NCBI GenBank assembly: GCA_951406725.2
Contig: OX597815.1
Location: 134,850,001-134,914,000 of the forward strand
DNA: 64,000 nt
Origin: Octopus vulgaris
Lineage: Eukaryota
Reading direction: 5' to 3'
Below the pieces are notes generated by a model, which did no database searches, was not told where the DNA came from, and saw only the letters and a list, made by a program, of their open reading frames with translations. The position numbers were made by a program, and so were the translations under genes. Shown in pieces: positions 38,151-50,768 of this stretch. Numbering within the stretch: the stretch's first letter is position 1; each line of letters begins with the position of its first letter.

Positions 38151-39573
38151 TTTTTTTTAGTCGTTCACAAGTATTTCTTTATTAGCCACAGGGGCCCAAT
38201 ATAGAAGTGGAGGCACAAGGACAGAAAACACAACGTGGGGACATGAAAACATAGACAATTGAATGAGATGAATTATAAAATAGATGACGATGAAATGGCT
38301 ACTTGTAACCCTCTATGGAGTAGATCATTTGACTGATTTTTTTCTTTTTACATTTTTCATCAATTTTAGTATCAAAAATTAAAAATTACTTACATTCGCC
38401 ATATGATATATGGTTTTAAGCCCTCATATTCCATCACCGGAGGCAGACTGTCATATCTCACCTCCGATCCTAGTGGGTCTATGTTTTACCAAAATTTTTC
38501 TTGTAATTTCTTATAGTTTTCTCTTGTAATTTCTTATAGCTTTCTCTTATAGTTTTTTGGTTCCTTCCTCTTTCTGCTTGGAATTTCCTGGTATTCTTCA
38601 ACTGTATATGTTATTTCGGTGTTTTTAACGTCATTATTTTTCTCATCCTGGTTTTCCTCCTCAGGCATTTCGTTCTTGGTTTGAGGACAATTTGCTTTTA
38701 TATGTCCCCTCCTCCCACAATGGTAACGGGTGTGAGGTCGCCCCTCTACCACCACTCGTAGCTTTACATCTTCGGGCAGTTCGATTTCCTCTCATATCTT
38801 TTCCAGATCTTGTTGGGTGGCCTGAATTGTAACTTCCAATCCATAGCCCCCACAGTTCATTTGCTTTGTCCTTGTTGCATTCAATATTGTTGGGTTTTCG
38901 TTCGTACCCGTCAATATTGCAGCTATGAGCCACATTTCAGCTATCTCAGAGGGTACCCTGCCAATCCTCACTCTCACAACATGCTTGTCAAGATAGGTTG
39001 GCAGGAGCATCCATATCTCCGTCTTTAATGGCGTCGTGGAATGCTTTATTGCCTCCTCTAGCGGGGCAAAACGCACGTCCACTGTGCCGAAGCAACTTTC
39101 TCTACTGTAGAATGCAATATTGTCATTGATTCCTTAGCGGCAACTTTCTACTGTCTCCTCACTCGCTATCTCAATTTTCCTGTTTTTCAAGGACATGGTT
39201 CTGTATGTCACTATTTTTTTTCAAATGGTGACAACTTCAGGGGTGGGGGGCGTCAACTTCAACCTTGATCCCTCCCTCTGTATCAATTGTCTACTTTCTT
39301 TCAATTCTTCCTCATCCACCACCATCACCACCTCCTCAATTTCGAGGAGGTTAACGGTGGCTGCATTCTTTTCATGGCTGGCTACGGAAGCGTAACTTCC
39401 GGCTCGAGCAGGCTCGGGCGTTTGGACCACTTCCATAATTTTACTCATTTCGCCCCTAAATAGGGGAAAAACAACAAATAAATATCACGGCCCGCAGGCA
39501 AAACCGTTATAATTTTCATAAGATCAACAATTAATTTAGCAAGAGTACTCAACTGAAAAAAATCGTAGCGAAT
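38151..39573 (-). mobile_element. Full-length ORF1-only (HAL1-like) non-autonomous LINE
   Basis: Single disrupted ORF starting at 39448 (SYASVAS, VRVRIGRVP, VVEGRP...HCGRRGHIKANCP). On the minus strand, AATAAA then A8 at 38151-38158. TSD cccatt(a)ctccaaac at 38137-38150 and 39574-39588. Confidence 0.85.
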
Positions 39574-41692
39574 CCCATTACTCCAAACTTGCTGTCCTTT
39601 TACAAGAATTTGAATCGAATATTAATCTCTGAAGGTATAAATCTCAAGTAGGATTTGAACTGAGATCACGTAGTTTTGCAGCTAAATACTTTGAGGTCCA
39701 CCATTTCTGTCAACCAATCACAAATTTTCATTTCTAAATTCGGCTAAGTGTCTTGAGTCAGTATGTGAAGAATATAATCAATTAAGCTGGCATCCCTATA
39801 TCCTGGCATGTGTTTTATTAAGCTCTGGAGGGATAAACAGCAAATTCTGGTCAATTTAAACTCTAAACGCTGCATCAATTCAAGCTAATTATGAACATTT
39901 TTCTGCTGTTTTGCTACCTCCCATGTCTGGTATTACTAATATTATTTGTTATTATCATTGTTTTATATCTATTTTTATTTCGTGCTTCTACAATGTGAAA
40001 TGTATTCGTACCGTCTCACAAAATAGTCGATACATTTATGACAAAAAAAAATCAAATCAAATCAAATTAAGTGCTTCATTAGCAAGCAATAATGAGTTAA
40101 AATCCTCTTATGAGTGTCATTAAAGAGTGCAAAGTGCTTCACTTATTCGCCTTAGATATAACATCTCACAACATTTCAAACTAACAACAACACATTGATA
40201 ACATAGTCAAAGTGTATTATAAATCCACGCTTTCTCTTAAGAGCAAATATGTACTTCGGCTCTGAATCAGTTACTGATATATTGGTAGACGTGGAACCGT
40301 GAAGCTCAGCTCACATATCTAGGACGATACAGCTACTTGTGTACTCGTAAACATCCAAAGAAACTTCATCATCCAACGAATAAGAAAAATCTTTTGTATA
40401 CTGAAATATCTTTTAATTCACAGAAATCTGTTTTCAACTGAGTTATTTCTATTTCTTCATCAATTTTCAGTTAACTGAACTAACAAACTATATACTAATG
40501 TCATCCAAACCCATCTATTAATACACTCTCCTGTCCTTCTTTAACCATCCTTCCTGTCTCGCCTCACAAACCCAGCACTGTACACTGTTCTATGCTTTTT
40601 AACATAGAACAGTACTCTTCAGAACGCTATTCCAAGAAATGTTTTTATACACCCCTACCGGCAGAAGTTCGAAGTGAATATCAGACCTATAAATCCTATT
40701 AGCGTAGGCGGGAGTCTAAAGGTTTCAGACGTTACCTATTCTCCCGGTATGAAAATAATGAATTCTACAACAGGTTCGGTACTAGAAATTTTAGGAGAGA
40801 GAAGTTTTATCAACTGGAGAAAAAGTAAAGCAAAGTTGACATCAGCGACATTTGAACTCAAAACAAATATTCGTAGAAACAATGCACTTTACCAGACGTT
40901 TCTGGCAGCCACTACCCGCCTACGGCTAAAAACAAAAAGACATCATAAAAATTTGACCAAATATACAGGCTTAATTTCCTAAAGAGCCAACAAAGGACAT
41001 GACCATTCGGTGAGTTAAAATGACAAATTTTCTTTAGTGTTATACTACGGTTTCTAAACTCTTTGGATAACGGAATAGTATATATAAATATGACGAGGTG
41101 GTTATGGTTGGAGTGCTTTAGAGCATAGGTCTGCTTAAACAGAGCTAACCTAGTCTCAAAAAATATGTAATATTTCTGGTTTAAATTAATTTTACAGAGG
41201 TTTTCGCTATATTTCCTATTGTGCCAAGCTGTGTATATTGTTAGTATTGATCCCAAAGAAAACAGAGAAAGGTTAAGACAACCTCAGAGGCGATCAACTT
41301 GCCAAAACAAGACCCAACAACATATCCTATGTTAATTAATCACTAGGTAACGAGAAAACTTATTTATCTCACGCAATTCTGACAAATTTGAGTCAGCCAA
41401 ATATCCAATCCTTGTAGTTTGTAATTCGCCTTCTCTAATAAGATTTAGTCACTATGATATTTGATATCGAAGTGATTAATATAATTTTTAGATATCAATT
41501 AGTCGTTTTTTAATGATGATTTTACCCCCCCCCTCCAACTGTCTCTCATTTCTTCACAAACCTTTGTACTTCACTCCAACCTATGGAGGAAGAAATTCTT
41601 TGGACGTACTGAAAATAGCAGCTGAATCTCTATGCTCTTCTGCATACAATATTCCTGAAGCAAAAAAAAATGAAGGCATGGCTTGAATACTC

Positions 41693-42480
41693 GGATCTTT
41701 TCCTTTTGAACGGCAGTTTTCAACACAATTTCTTGTTAACTAAACACTTTTAAACTTCGTATACTGGTAGAATGTGTCAAAATAAAACATTTTTTTCTTT
41801 TGGCTTTCTTGAGAAAATTGTAATTTGTAAGTTTAACGTAGTTTAACTTTTCGAATTTTAACCAATCGATTGCCTCTATTGAGCTAAAATCATTTGCTGC
41901 GTCTAAAACTGAGACAACATCCTGTCACTAACCCTCACTCTCACCCTAAATTTTAGCCTTTCGTTTTTTTTCTTAATTGTTAAATTAATTTGTTACGCGT
42001 GTGTCTAAAATTATTCGTTTTGTTCTTGTTTTGAGTTTTTGCTTTCGTTTTTTTTTCTTAATTGTTAAATTAATTTAAGGATAACAATTAAGAAAAAAAA
42101 CGAAAGGCTAAAACGAAAGCAAAAACTCAAAACAAAAACTAAACGAATAATTTTAGACACACGCGTAACAAAATAATTCTATAATTTTATACACACGCTT
42201 TCCGTATATTCTGTATAAATAGCTGTTTACGTAAACATAACTGACAGGATGTTGTCTCAGTTTTAGACGGAGCAAATTATTTTAGCTCAATAGAGGCGAT
42301 TCATTGGTTAAAATTCGAAAAATTAAACTACATTAAACAAACAAATTACAATTTTCTCAAGAAAGCCAAGACAAAAAAAAAAATGTTTTGTTTTGACACA
42401 TTCTACCAGTATACGAAGTTTAAAAATGTTTAGTTAACTAGAAATTGTGTTGAAAACTGCCGTTCAAAAGGAAAAGATCC
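41693..42480. mobile_element. Long-TIR foldback/MITE with 8-bp TSD
   Basis: gaatactc|GGatcttttccttttgaacggcag ... ctgccgttcaaaaggaaaagatCC|gaatactc. ~235-bp TIRs plus an inner ~90-bp inverted pair. Confidence 0.92.
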
Positions 42481-43037
42481 GAATACTCGTGTTTACGGAT
42501 GTGTTCGATCAACACTAATTAATGATTAGCAGCAACGACAGATTTGATATAAACTGTACACAAGCCTACCTCTGTGTGTGTGCGTGTGTGTGTGTGTGTG
42601 TGTGTAAGCATACATACACATAGCAGAACATATATATCCGGTAATGCAGTTGAGTATTTAATTATAATAGCCATTTATGTATCATGAGTGAACACATATC
42701 AGAGATATAAAAAACACTCATCTCAGGAGCGGTAAGCGAGAGCGCTAGATGCATTCAGGCCTTTATGGGCCTATTCAGTGGTGCGTACTTCCTTTGATAG
42801 TTGTTTTTAAGTCTATAAGAGATGATATCTCAAGACAAATACATGCAGTAAGTGGCGATCGACCTCTTGATTATATACTTACACACATACACACACACAG
42901 TGCGTGGTGTAAGTATATAATCAGGTGTGAGAGGCGAATGCATAGCTGTTTCGTAATTTTCTACATGCAGTATCATTAACGTCGACACCCAAACTTATAT
43001 ACGTATATGAACACATCTTTATGCACATTCGGCATTA

Positions 43038-43260
43038 TCTATACTATAATAGAGAAAGCTGCTTATTAATTATGTATGTAACCATTACTAAAAGAAAGCA
43101 ATTATTAATGGGTTGACTGTCTGGAAATATTTTTATAAATTCATGTTCTAAGAAATTTCCTATAATTTCGATTTGGCAAATTTCTTGAATTTTTAAAATT
43201 CCAATTTCTCGCAAATTTAGATGTTCATTGCCATTCGTTGCGGAGTATTCCATTCTCATC
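43038..43260 (+). mobile_element. Helitron 5' fragment
   Basis: A|TCtatactataatagagaaagctgcttat. Homologous to the reverse complement of 9720-9908. Possible weak 3' CTAG at 43416-43419. Confidence 0.7.
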
Positions 43261-43524
43261 TGCAAAGTCTCTCACTTTCTCTTTTTAAATTTTCATTCGC
43301 TATTTGGAAAACTGACAGTTTATTCTAGTAATGTATACGTAATCTATTATTTATTGAATGAAAATTTTAAAAATACCCGTATAATTTTTGAACGCGGGAT
43401 AGCTGTGAGAAAAGCCTAGAAAGTTGGGTAATTACTATTAGAAGATGACGAGAAAAAAGTTACCGACAAGGACTTGAAACTTGCACCTTATTCACAGTTT
43501 AAATTCTTTACTGCCTACCAGAGG

Positions 43525-45330
43525 TCAATGCAAATAAACTGGGGGGGGGGTCACGGATGATGATAACATAAGAAATGACAAAATAATAAAAAAATTTATG
43601 AAATAAAACGAATGAAATACAGCACAATGGAACAACACAATGGAGTGGAAGCCGGGTTCAGCTTCGACCCCGCAAGCCTCGGTCCACCACTGTAGCCTTG
43701 CCTTACTTCTATGGCTTACATTCAAGAGGGATCATTTATTCTCAGTTCTCGTGCCACATCCTTCCATCTTTTTTCATATATATTCACGCGACAGACACCT
43801 CTTCTCCAGTCTTATTTTCCTTTTAAGATGAAAAACAAAAAGGCTCACTAGAGCGAGACCGGAGACGAAGGTGCCTGTCGCTACTCATTTCATTCGCGTC
43901 TTCCAAACCACCTCTTTCACTGTAGCAACCACAGTGAGAAAACAAACTTTTCCTTCTCGGTTAAAGGAGGAAGGTGGAATAATCTTAAAGATTGACTCGG
44001 AGGACAGTTGTACTCCTCCAAGACATTTCCGATATTCTCGGGCGTTGCACAATCGCGTGTAGAACAGTTTCGTTGTCTGCTTGCACCTTGGGAACGTGGG
44101 TAGACAAGAAGCACCGTGCCTTGTGAGTTTATTGAAAACTGGTAAAGCCCCTCGGTAACATTGCCAAGCCAGGACACTTTTGGACATTATCCATAGGTCC
44201 CGGCCCGAATGTCCTTCGGAACAGGACAGCGAGTTGAGTATCGTCGAGGACCAGGGTCTCCCCAGGACGTCGTTGCACCTGCTGGAAACCCCGCCGCTGG
44301 CATTACCCATGTGAGAGAGACGCACGAGAGCCTGACGACACTCGCTTGCCATGCTCCAACCTTAGTCTCCGCTTGATCCACAGTTCCAGTCCAACGAAAC
44401 TAGAAAACCTTGGAAGCATCAGTTTAACGAACGGAGACCACACCTTTTCACCATCAAGGTAGAGCCACAGATGTCTCGGCCTCAGCGCATGTCTGCGCAT
44501 CAACAGCCAAGGTATCCCTAGCCCATCCTTTAGCAAGTGTTGGCAGCAGATAGAGCGCCTTACAAGCGGACAACCGCCCCAAGCATTTTAACCAGTCCCA
44601 ACGTCCGACGACGCTGTTGGGTGGAATCGACTTGCCCCTGCAGGAGCCGAGTTGCAAGCCGACTGATTTCTCCCGGTTAATTTTTGCTCCTGCCACCGCT
44701 TCGTAAACCTTAATGGCCGCACCTAACCTTTGTAAGTGGTCCACCTCGGATACGATGATGGTGACGTCGTCCGCAAACGCCGAAACCGATTTTCCGCAAC
44801 CTAGATCACGCTGGACGCCCCTCATCTCACTCAATTTCCACAGCAAAGGCTCAAGAGCCAACACATACAGGAGGCGGAGAGGTGACATCCTTGACATAGC
44901 GAGCGCTTGATTAAGAATGGTTTCAAGAAGAGCCCGTTCACCCAAACGATCGAATCGATGTTGCTGTAAAGAGTAATGATCCAGCTGAGAAAGATCGGAC
45001 CCAACCCGACCGCCGCGAGGACCGACACCAGATATCGATGGTCAACCCTATCAAAAGCTTTAGATTGATCTAAATGGACCAAAGCCTCACCTTGCCAGCA
45101 ATTCTGTTAATCCTGTCTAATATATAGTGTATAAGGTGGAGATTGTTGTTTATGGATCTGCCTAGAATGGCACGCGTTTGTGCCTCCCCGACAATTCCAC
45201 CTACGACACGCGCCAACCTTTTTGCTAATACCTTGGCCAAAATCTTCAGCTCTGCGTTAAGCAGAGTGAAGGGCCGAAAATTGTTTATAAAATCCCCCTT
45301 GTTTGGGCCCTTTCTAAGCAGTGTCACTAT
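43525..45330 (-). mobile_element. L1/Tx1-clade LINE ORF2 (RT plus C-terminus), 5'-truncated and frameshifted
   Basis: NNFRPFTLLNAELKILAKVLAKRL, GRSINNNL, LDQSKAFDRVDHRYL, SAFADDVT, AKINREKS and LAWQCYRGALPV. Confidence 0.92.
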
Positions 45331-45567
45331 TTTAAAAAAATACCGAAAATGCTCTTTCCATAGTTTTGAAGTGAAAAAAAAGTTGGCCAAAATAGGTCTG
45401 GAGTGGGATGATGAGGGAGGGGTGTAGAGAGAAAAAGAATTTACAAAACTTTTTTCATACAAAGATGCCACCCGACCTATCTATCATTTCGAAAGGTATC
45501 CCTAGCCCACCCTTTAGGTTTTTAAAAAAAATGGAAAAAATCCCATCCCTGAAAATATATATATACA

Positions 45568-45709
45568 GGCGTAGGAGTGGCTGTGTGGTAAGTAGTTCCG
45601 GGTTCAGTCCCACTGCACGGTACCTTGGGCAAGTGTCTTCTACTATAGCCTCGAGTCGACCAAAGTCTTGTGAGTGGATTTGGTAGACGGAAACTGAAAG
45701 AAGCCCGTC

Positions 45710-45779
<70 letters not shown>

Positions 45780-45975
45780 GTCTGTGTTTGTCTCCCCAGC
45801 ATCGCTTGACAACCAATGCTGGTGTGTTTACGTCCCCGTAACTTAGCGGTTCGGCAACATATAGCGATCGAATAAGTACTAGACTTAGAAAGAATAAGTT
45901 CTTGGGTCGATTTGTTTCACTAAAGGCGGTGCTCCAGCATGACCACAGTCAAATGACTGAAACAAGTAAAAGAGT
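45568..45975 (+). mobile_element. SINE family C, near full length
   Basis: ggcgtaggagtggctgtgtggtaagtag...gggttcagtcccac...internal (TA)n...ggcggtgctccagcatgaccacagtcaaatgactgaaacaagtaaaagag. Confidence 0.9.
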
Positions 45976-45984
45976 ATATATATA

Positions 45985-46142
45985 TACGACGGACTTCTTT
46001 CAGTTTCCGTTCACCAAATCCACTCACAAGGCTTTGGTCGGCTCGAGGCTATAGTAGAAGACACCTGCCCAAGGTGTCACGCAGTGGGATTGAACCCGGA
46101 ACCATATGGTTGGTAAGCAAGCTACTTGCCACACAGCCACAC
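45985..46142 (-). mobile_element. SINE family C 5' half, inverted relative to its neighbour
   Basis: Reverse complement of the 45568-45712 head. Confidence 0.88.
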
Positions 46143-46344
46143 ACTCCTCTTTTTTTTTTTTTTTTTGAAATATTTACCGTTTGTATATACTGGATTTCAG
46201 ACACACGAAGAAGTTAAATTACAACGTAATTTAATTACCCTGCGAACTTTAACCTGTTCCTGCTGGAATGTTTACTTTGGGGCTCAACTTGATTCTCTGA
46301 ATTCAGTTTATTACTAACATATATGAATAATTAGGTGTCTGTCC

Positions 46345-46401
<57 letters not shown>

Positions 46402-46405
<4 letters not shown>

Positions 46406-46488
46406 CTGTAAATATTGACTTCACACAAACACGTTGCTTCCCCCATCGGGAAGCAATGTGTTTGTGTGAAGTCAATATTTACAGTCAT
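46402..46488. repeat. Near-perfect 41-bp-arm hairpin
   Basis: atgactgtaaatattgacttcacacaaacacgttgcttccc-ccatc-gggaagcaatgtgtttgtgtgaagtcaatatttacagtcat. Confidence 0.95.
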
Positions 46489-46810
46489 TTTTTATATATC
46501 ACAACTCGTGTTCCACATCTCCTTTTTTAAATATATATATATATATATATATGATATGATTATAAACGGCAAATTTTCGATCCTCATTGGGTTCTCATCA
46601 GAGGCTGCTACATCATTGTGACAGTCTCATTAGAAACAAGCATCTAAACTGTTTGTACATTCAACAATCGCAGCAATCACTTTATGAAGGAGTCCTTAAT
46701 TTGCATACTCTATTAGTGTATTGCATACTTAATTTTGCATGCCTAAATTGCATACCTAATTTGCATACTCTATTAGTGTGTATGCATATTTATAAGCTAA
46801 ATTGGGATGT

Positions 46811-46843
<33 letters not shown>

Positions 46844-48796
46844 CATATATATACAGCTTGTGTCAGTTATTAGGCTACGGCCATGCTAGTATGAGTATAT
46901 CCATTACGCGAGTGTGTCTTTTACACATGTATTTCTACAATATACTAGTTAAAGATGATCATTTCAAATATTAATACTGTTTTATTTTTTTTGGAACCGA
47001 CCTGTTAATATAATCCTCTGACTCTTTGAAAGTCTGAAATGTGAATTGGTGATTTTCCTGTTCGTAACCCCTGAACAACGGCACTATTTCCACAAAATGT
47101 ATAAATTATATACATAATCATTTATTATTAGTCGTTAGTTACACTCTATAATTAGGGCCAAAGTCAACCAAATCAAAATCATTCATTTCAGGCTATTAAA
47201 CACGAAGGCTCAGACATTTAACTAAAAGGAAATTTAATGTTTTGACATTAATGCTTTTCTGAGGTTACTCTGAGCGGAATCAATTGATAGAGCTTCAAAC
47301 GCAAATTGAACCGAGTATCAGTCGTGTCGAGCAGAACCGTCTTCCTGCAGCACTCGATTGTTCATTATTTCTCTTTTTGTCTCACCTTTTCTCCATCTCT
47401 ACTCTATGTAATATATCTAATTTATATCTGCGTGTATGTATGCATGCAATCAGGCATATTAGTTTTCTTTCTTAATTCTTACGTCCTCTTTAAGATTCTC
47501 TAGGTCCTCCCTTCACTTTCAAGACATCAAACCCGTAAACCCGTCTTTACTCTATAAATCAACCAACCGCTCAGATAACCTTCTACCACTTCATCATATT
47601 GGCTACATAGCAGAATTGGTAATTTCATAGCTGAGATCAGTTTGTCGGGTGAAAGGCGTGAAACTGATGGATGGAATCGGTAACTAAATACATCCGGTCA
47701 TCGGTATTTGGTTAAATAAGGGAAAGAAAGAAGGAAGAGAGAAAAAAGAGTAAAGTGCGAGCTACACACATACACGCACACACACACACAAACTGTGTGT
47801 ATGTGTGTGTAATAGAGAGCAGTTGGTGAATGATTATAGATGTGAAAGGAAAGTGTCAGAAATGTGAATGAGAGAAAGATTAAGATTGCGCAAAAGGAGA
47901 GAAAATTACGACAGAGCAAAGGAAAAAATGTGATAATTTGCAATAGTTTTTTTTTAATAGTTGTTTAAATAGCTGTTTAAAGGAAGGGATTGGCTCATCA
48001 TTTTCTACGTAGGCTCTCCTAATACAGAAGAAAGTTAGAAAAAAAAGGCACAATGCGAAAATAGAGAGACCAAAAGAATATGAAATAGAATAGTGTTGAA
48101 AAAGAAATTGGCAACGACAGTTTATAAGTGGGAACAGAATGGGAACCGAACTACGTTGAGGGTTTTTTTGTTTTTGGCTGAACAACTCAACAAATGTACC
48201 ATAACTTGGTCTGGCTTTGATCAGGTCCGGTCTGGGGTTAACCTAAAATAAGCAAGTAACCAAAACAAGAAAGAAGGAAAAAGAAATAGATGAAAAAAAC
48301 GGAAAACAGTGATGAAGAATGCAAGTGAGAGAGTGCGGAAAGGGGAAGAAAGTTATGTAAAAAAAACAAAAAAAAAAGTGGGTGAGAATGGCAGAAAGGT
48401 CACAAAAAAAATGGAGAGGCAAAACAGAAAGTGGGGGGGGGGAGGTGTGTGCGTGCACGAGGTCACTCACAGAACTATTGGAAACGTGTAATCTAGTATG
48501 ACCTATCACATGGTCGGGTCGTCCGCAATTAACAGGCAAGAAGAGCGGTTTTTGTTGGACAAACTGCCGGACAAAAAACAAAACCTGTCAAAGGGTGATT
48601 AGGTTACCAACATCTGGAATGAGGAAACCACTAGACTTTGCTTAAAAAATTCCCTAGAAGGAAAACTTTGACAGAATTCTTATGACTTCGCATGTAGCCA
48701 TCATAAATGTATATGTATATCTATAAGTATGTATATTTGTATGTATGTATGTGCGTCTATATACATAGGTACATGAATGCGTGTGTGTGTGTGTAT

Positions 48797-49130
48797 ACTC
48801 TCTTTACTCTTTTACTTGTTTCAGTCATTTGACTGCGGCCATGCTGGAGCACCGCCTTTTAGTCGAGCAAATCGACCCCAGGATTTATTCTTTGTAAGCT
48901 TAGTACTTATTCTATCGGTCTCTTTTGCCGAACCGCTAAGTTACGGGGATATAAACACACCAGCATCGGTTGTCAAGCGAGGTTAGGAGGACAAACACAG
49001 GCACTCAAACCCACACACATATATATATACATATACACGACGGGTTTCTTTCAGTTTCCGTCTACCAAATCCACTCACAAGGCTTTTGTCGGCCTAGGGC
49101 TATAGTAGAAGACACTTACCACACAGCCGT
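48797..49130 (-). mobile_element. SINE family C
   Basis: tttcagtcatttgactgcggccatgctggagcaccgcc...gccgaaccgctaagttacgggg...ccaaatccactcacaagg. Confidence 0.9.
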
Positions 49131-49141
49131 ACGCATACATG

Positions 49142-49177
<36 letters not shown>

Positions 49178-49192
49178 TCACACACACACACA

Positions 49193-49240
<48 letters not shown>

Positions 49241-49244
<4 letters not shown>

Positions 49245-49668
49245 AAGGGTGAAAATCATTAATGATTTTACCAGGGAATCAGCGGGGAAATAAAAACCTT
49301 ATAAGGTAAATTTTACAAATATTTTATAATTATATACATAATTATAACAAGGGGTTGGCTATAAGCCTCTCCACGCGCTGAAAAATAGACGCCAAAAGAC
49401 ACAATTACAACCTTAAAACCTTCGAGAATAACACACTGGGTTGTGTAGGCAAGTAAAAGAAAGATAATGAACTAAACTTTTGGTTAAACGTGTACAAGAT
49501 CCTGTTTCAAGCTTAAAGTAAAGAAAATATTACCTACTGCTCTCATCAGAAACGGTATTCCATAGCATAAATTTACGAGTATCTACAAATAGGCATGCTA
49601 GCAGCGTCGTCACACCCTGTGTGTTATTCTCGGAGATTTTCAGGTGGTAATAGTGTCTTTTGACGTCT
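49241..49668 (-). mobile_element. PLE-like fragment with inverted repeat and degenerate hammerhead core
   Basis: Starts at (TA)n. 49387-49443 is inverted at 49612-49668. Minus strand CUGAUGA-GAGC...GCUU-GAAAC at 49504-49549. Confidence 0.5.
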
Positions 49669-49689
49669 CATCTTCGTTTAGGTTTAACC

Positions 49690-50768
49690 CATTAGCTAAG
49701 AGAGCTAAACTAAGCTTTGAAGAAAAGAAATTCCCCCAAAAGTGCAAGTGGAAGATAGAAAACACAGTTGAAGTGTTAAGACAGTTTAGCGAGGAATTTC
49801 AAACTGATCCACTGACGTTAATTACCATCATTCGAATTTGAGATGTGTTTGAAGCAGACTGAACTGTTCAGAATATCCATGGGAAATATTTCAAAAGACC
49901 ATGGACATCGCTAAGTTCCATGAGTCAAGAAAGGTTACTGGAAAATTTGTTCGGCAAGTAAGTCGTGAGACAGAGATTTTAAAATCAAGCATTCTTCACA
50001 TTTCGAAGTTCTGTAATGCTCTCAAGGATGATAACCCAAATGGAAGAGTGGAGTTTTGCGAGTGGTGCTTGGCAAGACGTGTTGGTGCACACTTTCCAAC
50101 AAAATCTGTGTGCAGTGATGAGGCAACGTTTAAAGTGATTCAACCTCCACAACTACACCTCCGCATTTTACGGAGGAACATCATGTTAATTTTTCAGGAG
50201 TTACAGTATGGTGCAGCTTATCATCAAAAGAATTAATTCGACCATTCTTTTTTCGGTGTATTATGATTGGTCCCATTTACTTGAACCTACTGCATCAGTC
50301 TTTCAGGACAAGCACTCAAGATGATTTTGAAAATATGGACTTTTATTTCTTGCAAGATGGAGCACCCCACACTTCGATAATAATGTAAGGGCTTTGATGA
50401 CATTTTGTCAAATTGGTGGATTGGACAGAATCCCTTCCGCGTTTACTGGACTAGATTTTTGTTTTACGGGGATTCTTAAAAGATAAAGTTTTCTGTATAA
50501 AAACGGCAACGATCGACGAATTGAACCCAGTCAGTGAATGACAATTCGCTCGAATACCAAAAATGTTTTTTTTTATTTGAAATTCCATTCCTTCGTGTTG
50601 TTGCTATGCCTGTGCCAGAACGGTCATCAGTTTGAAAACAGGTGTTCATAAAAAATTAAATTCTATTAAATTCTAAGATTCTATTAAATTTTGAAAATGA
50701 AATGTAATCTTCTAAACGCTGAGTTTATAATCATATGACAAGTGTATACATTTTGGGGGGACACTCTG
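49690..50768 (+). mobile_element. Decayed Tc1/mariner-superfamily transposon (DUF4817-type N-terminus)
   Basis: LSFEEKK...EVLRQFSEEFQT, RVEFCEW, SDEATF, FLQDGAPH, FLKDKVF and GHQFE. Right TIR ttttggggggacactctg|TA. Confidence 0.8.
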
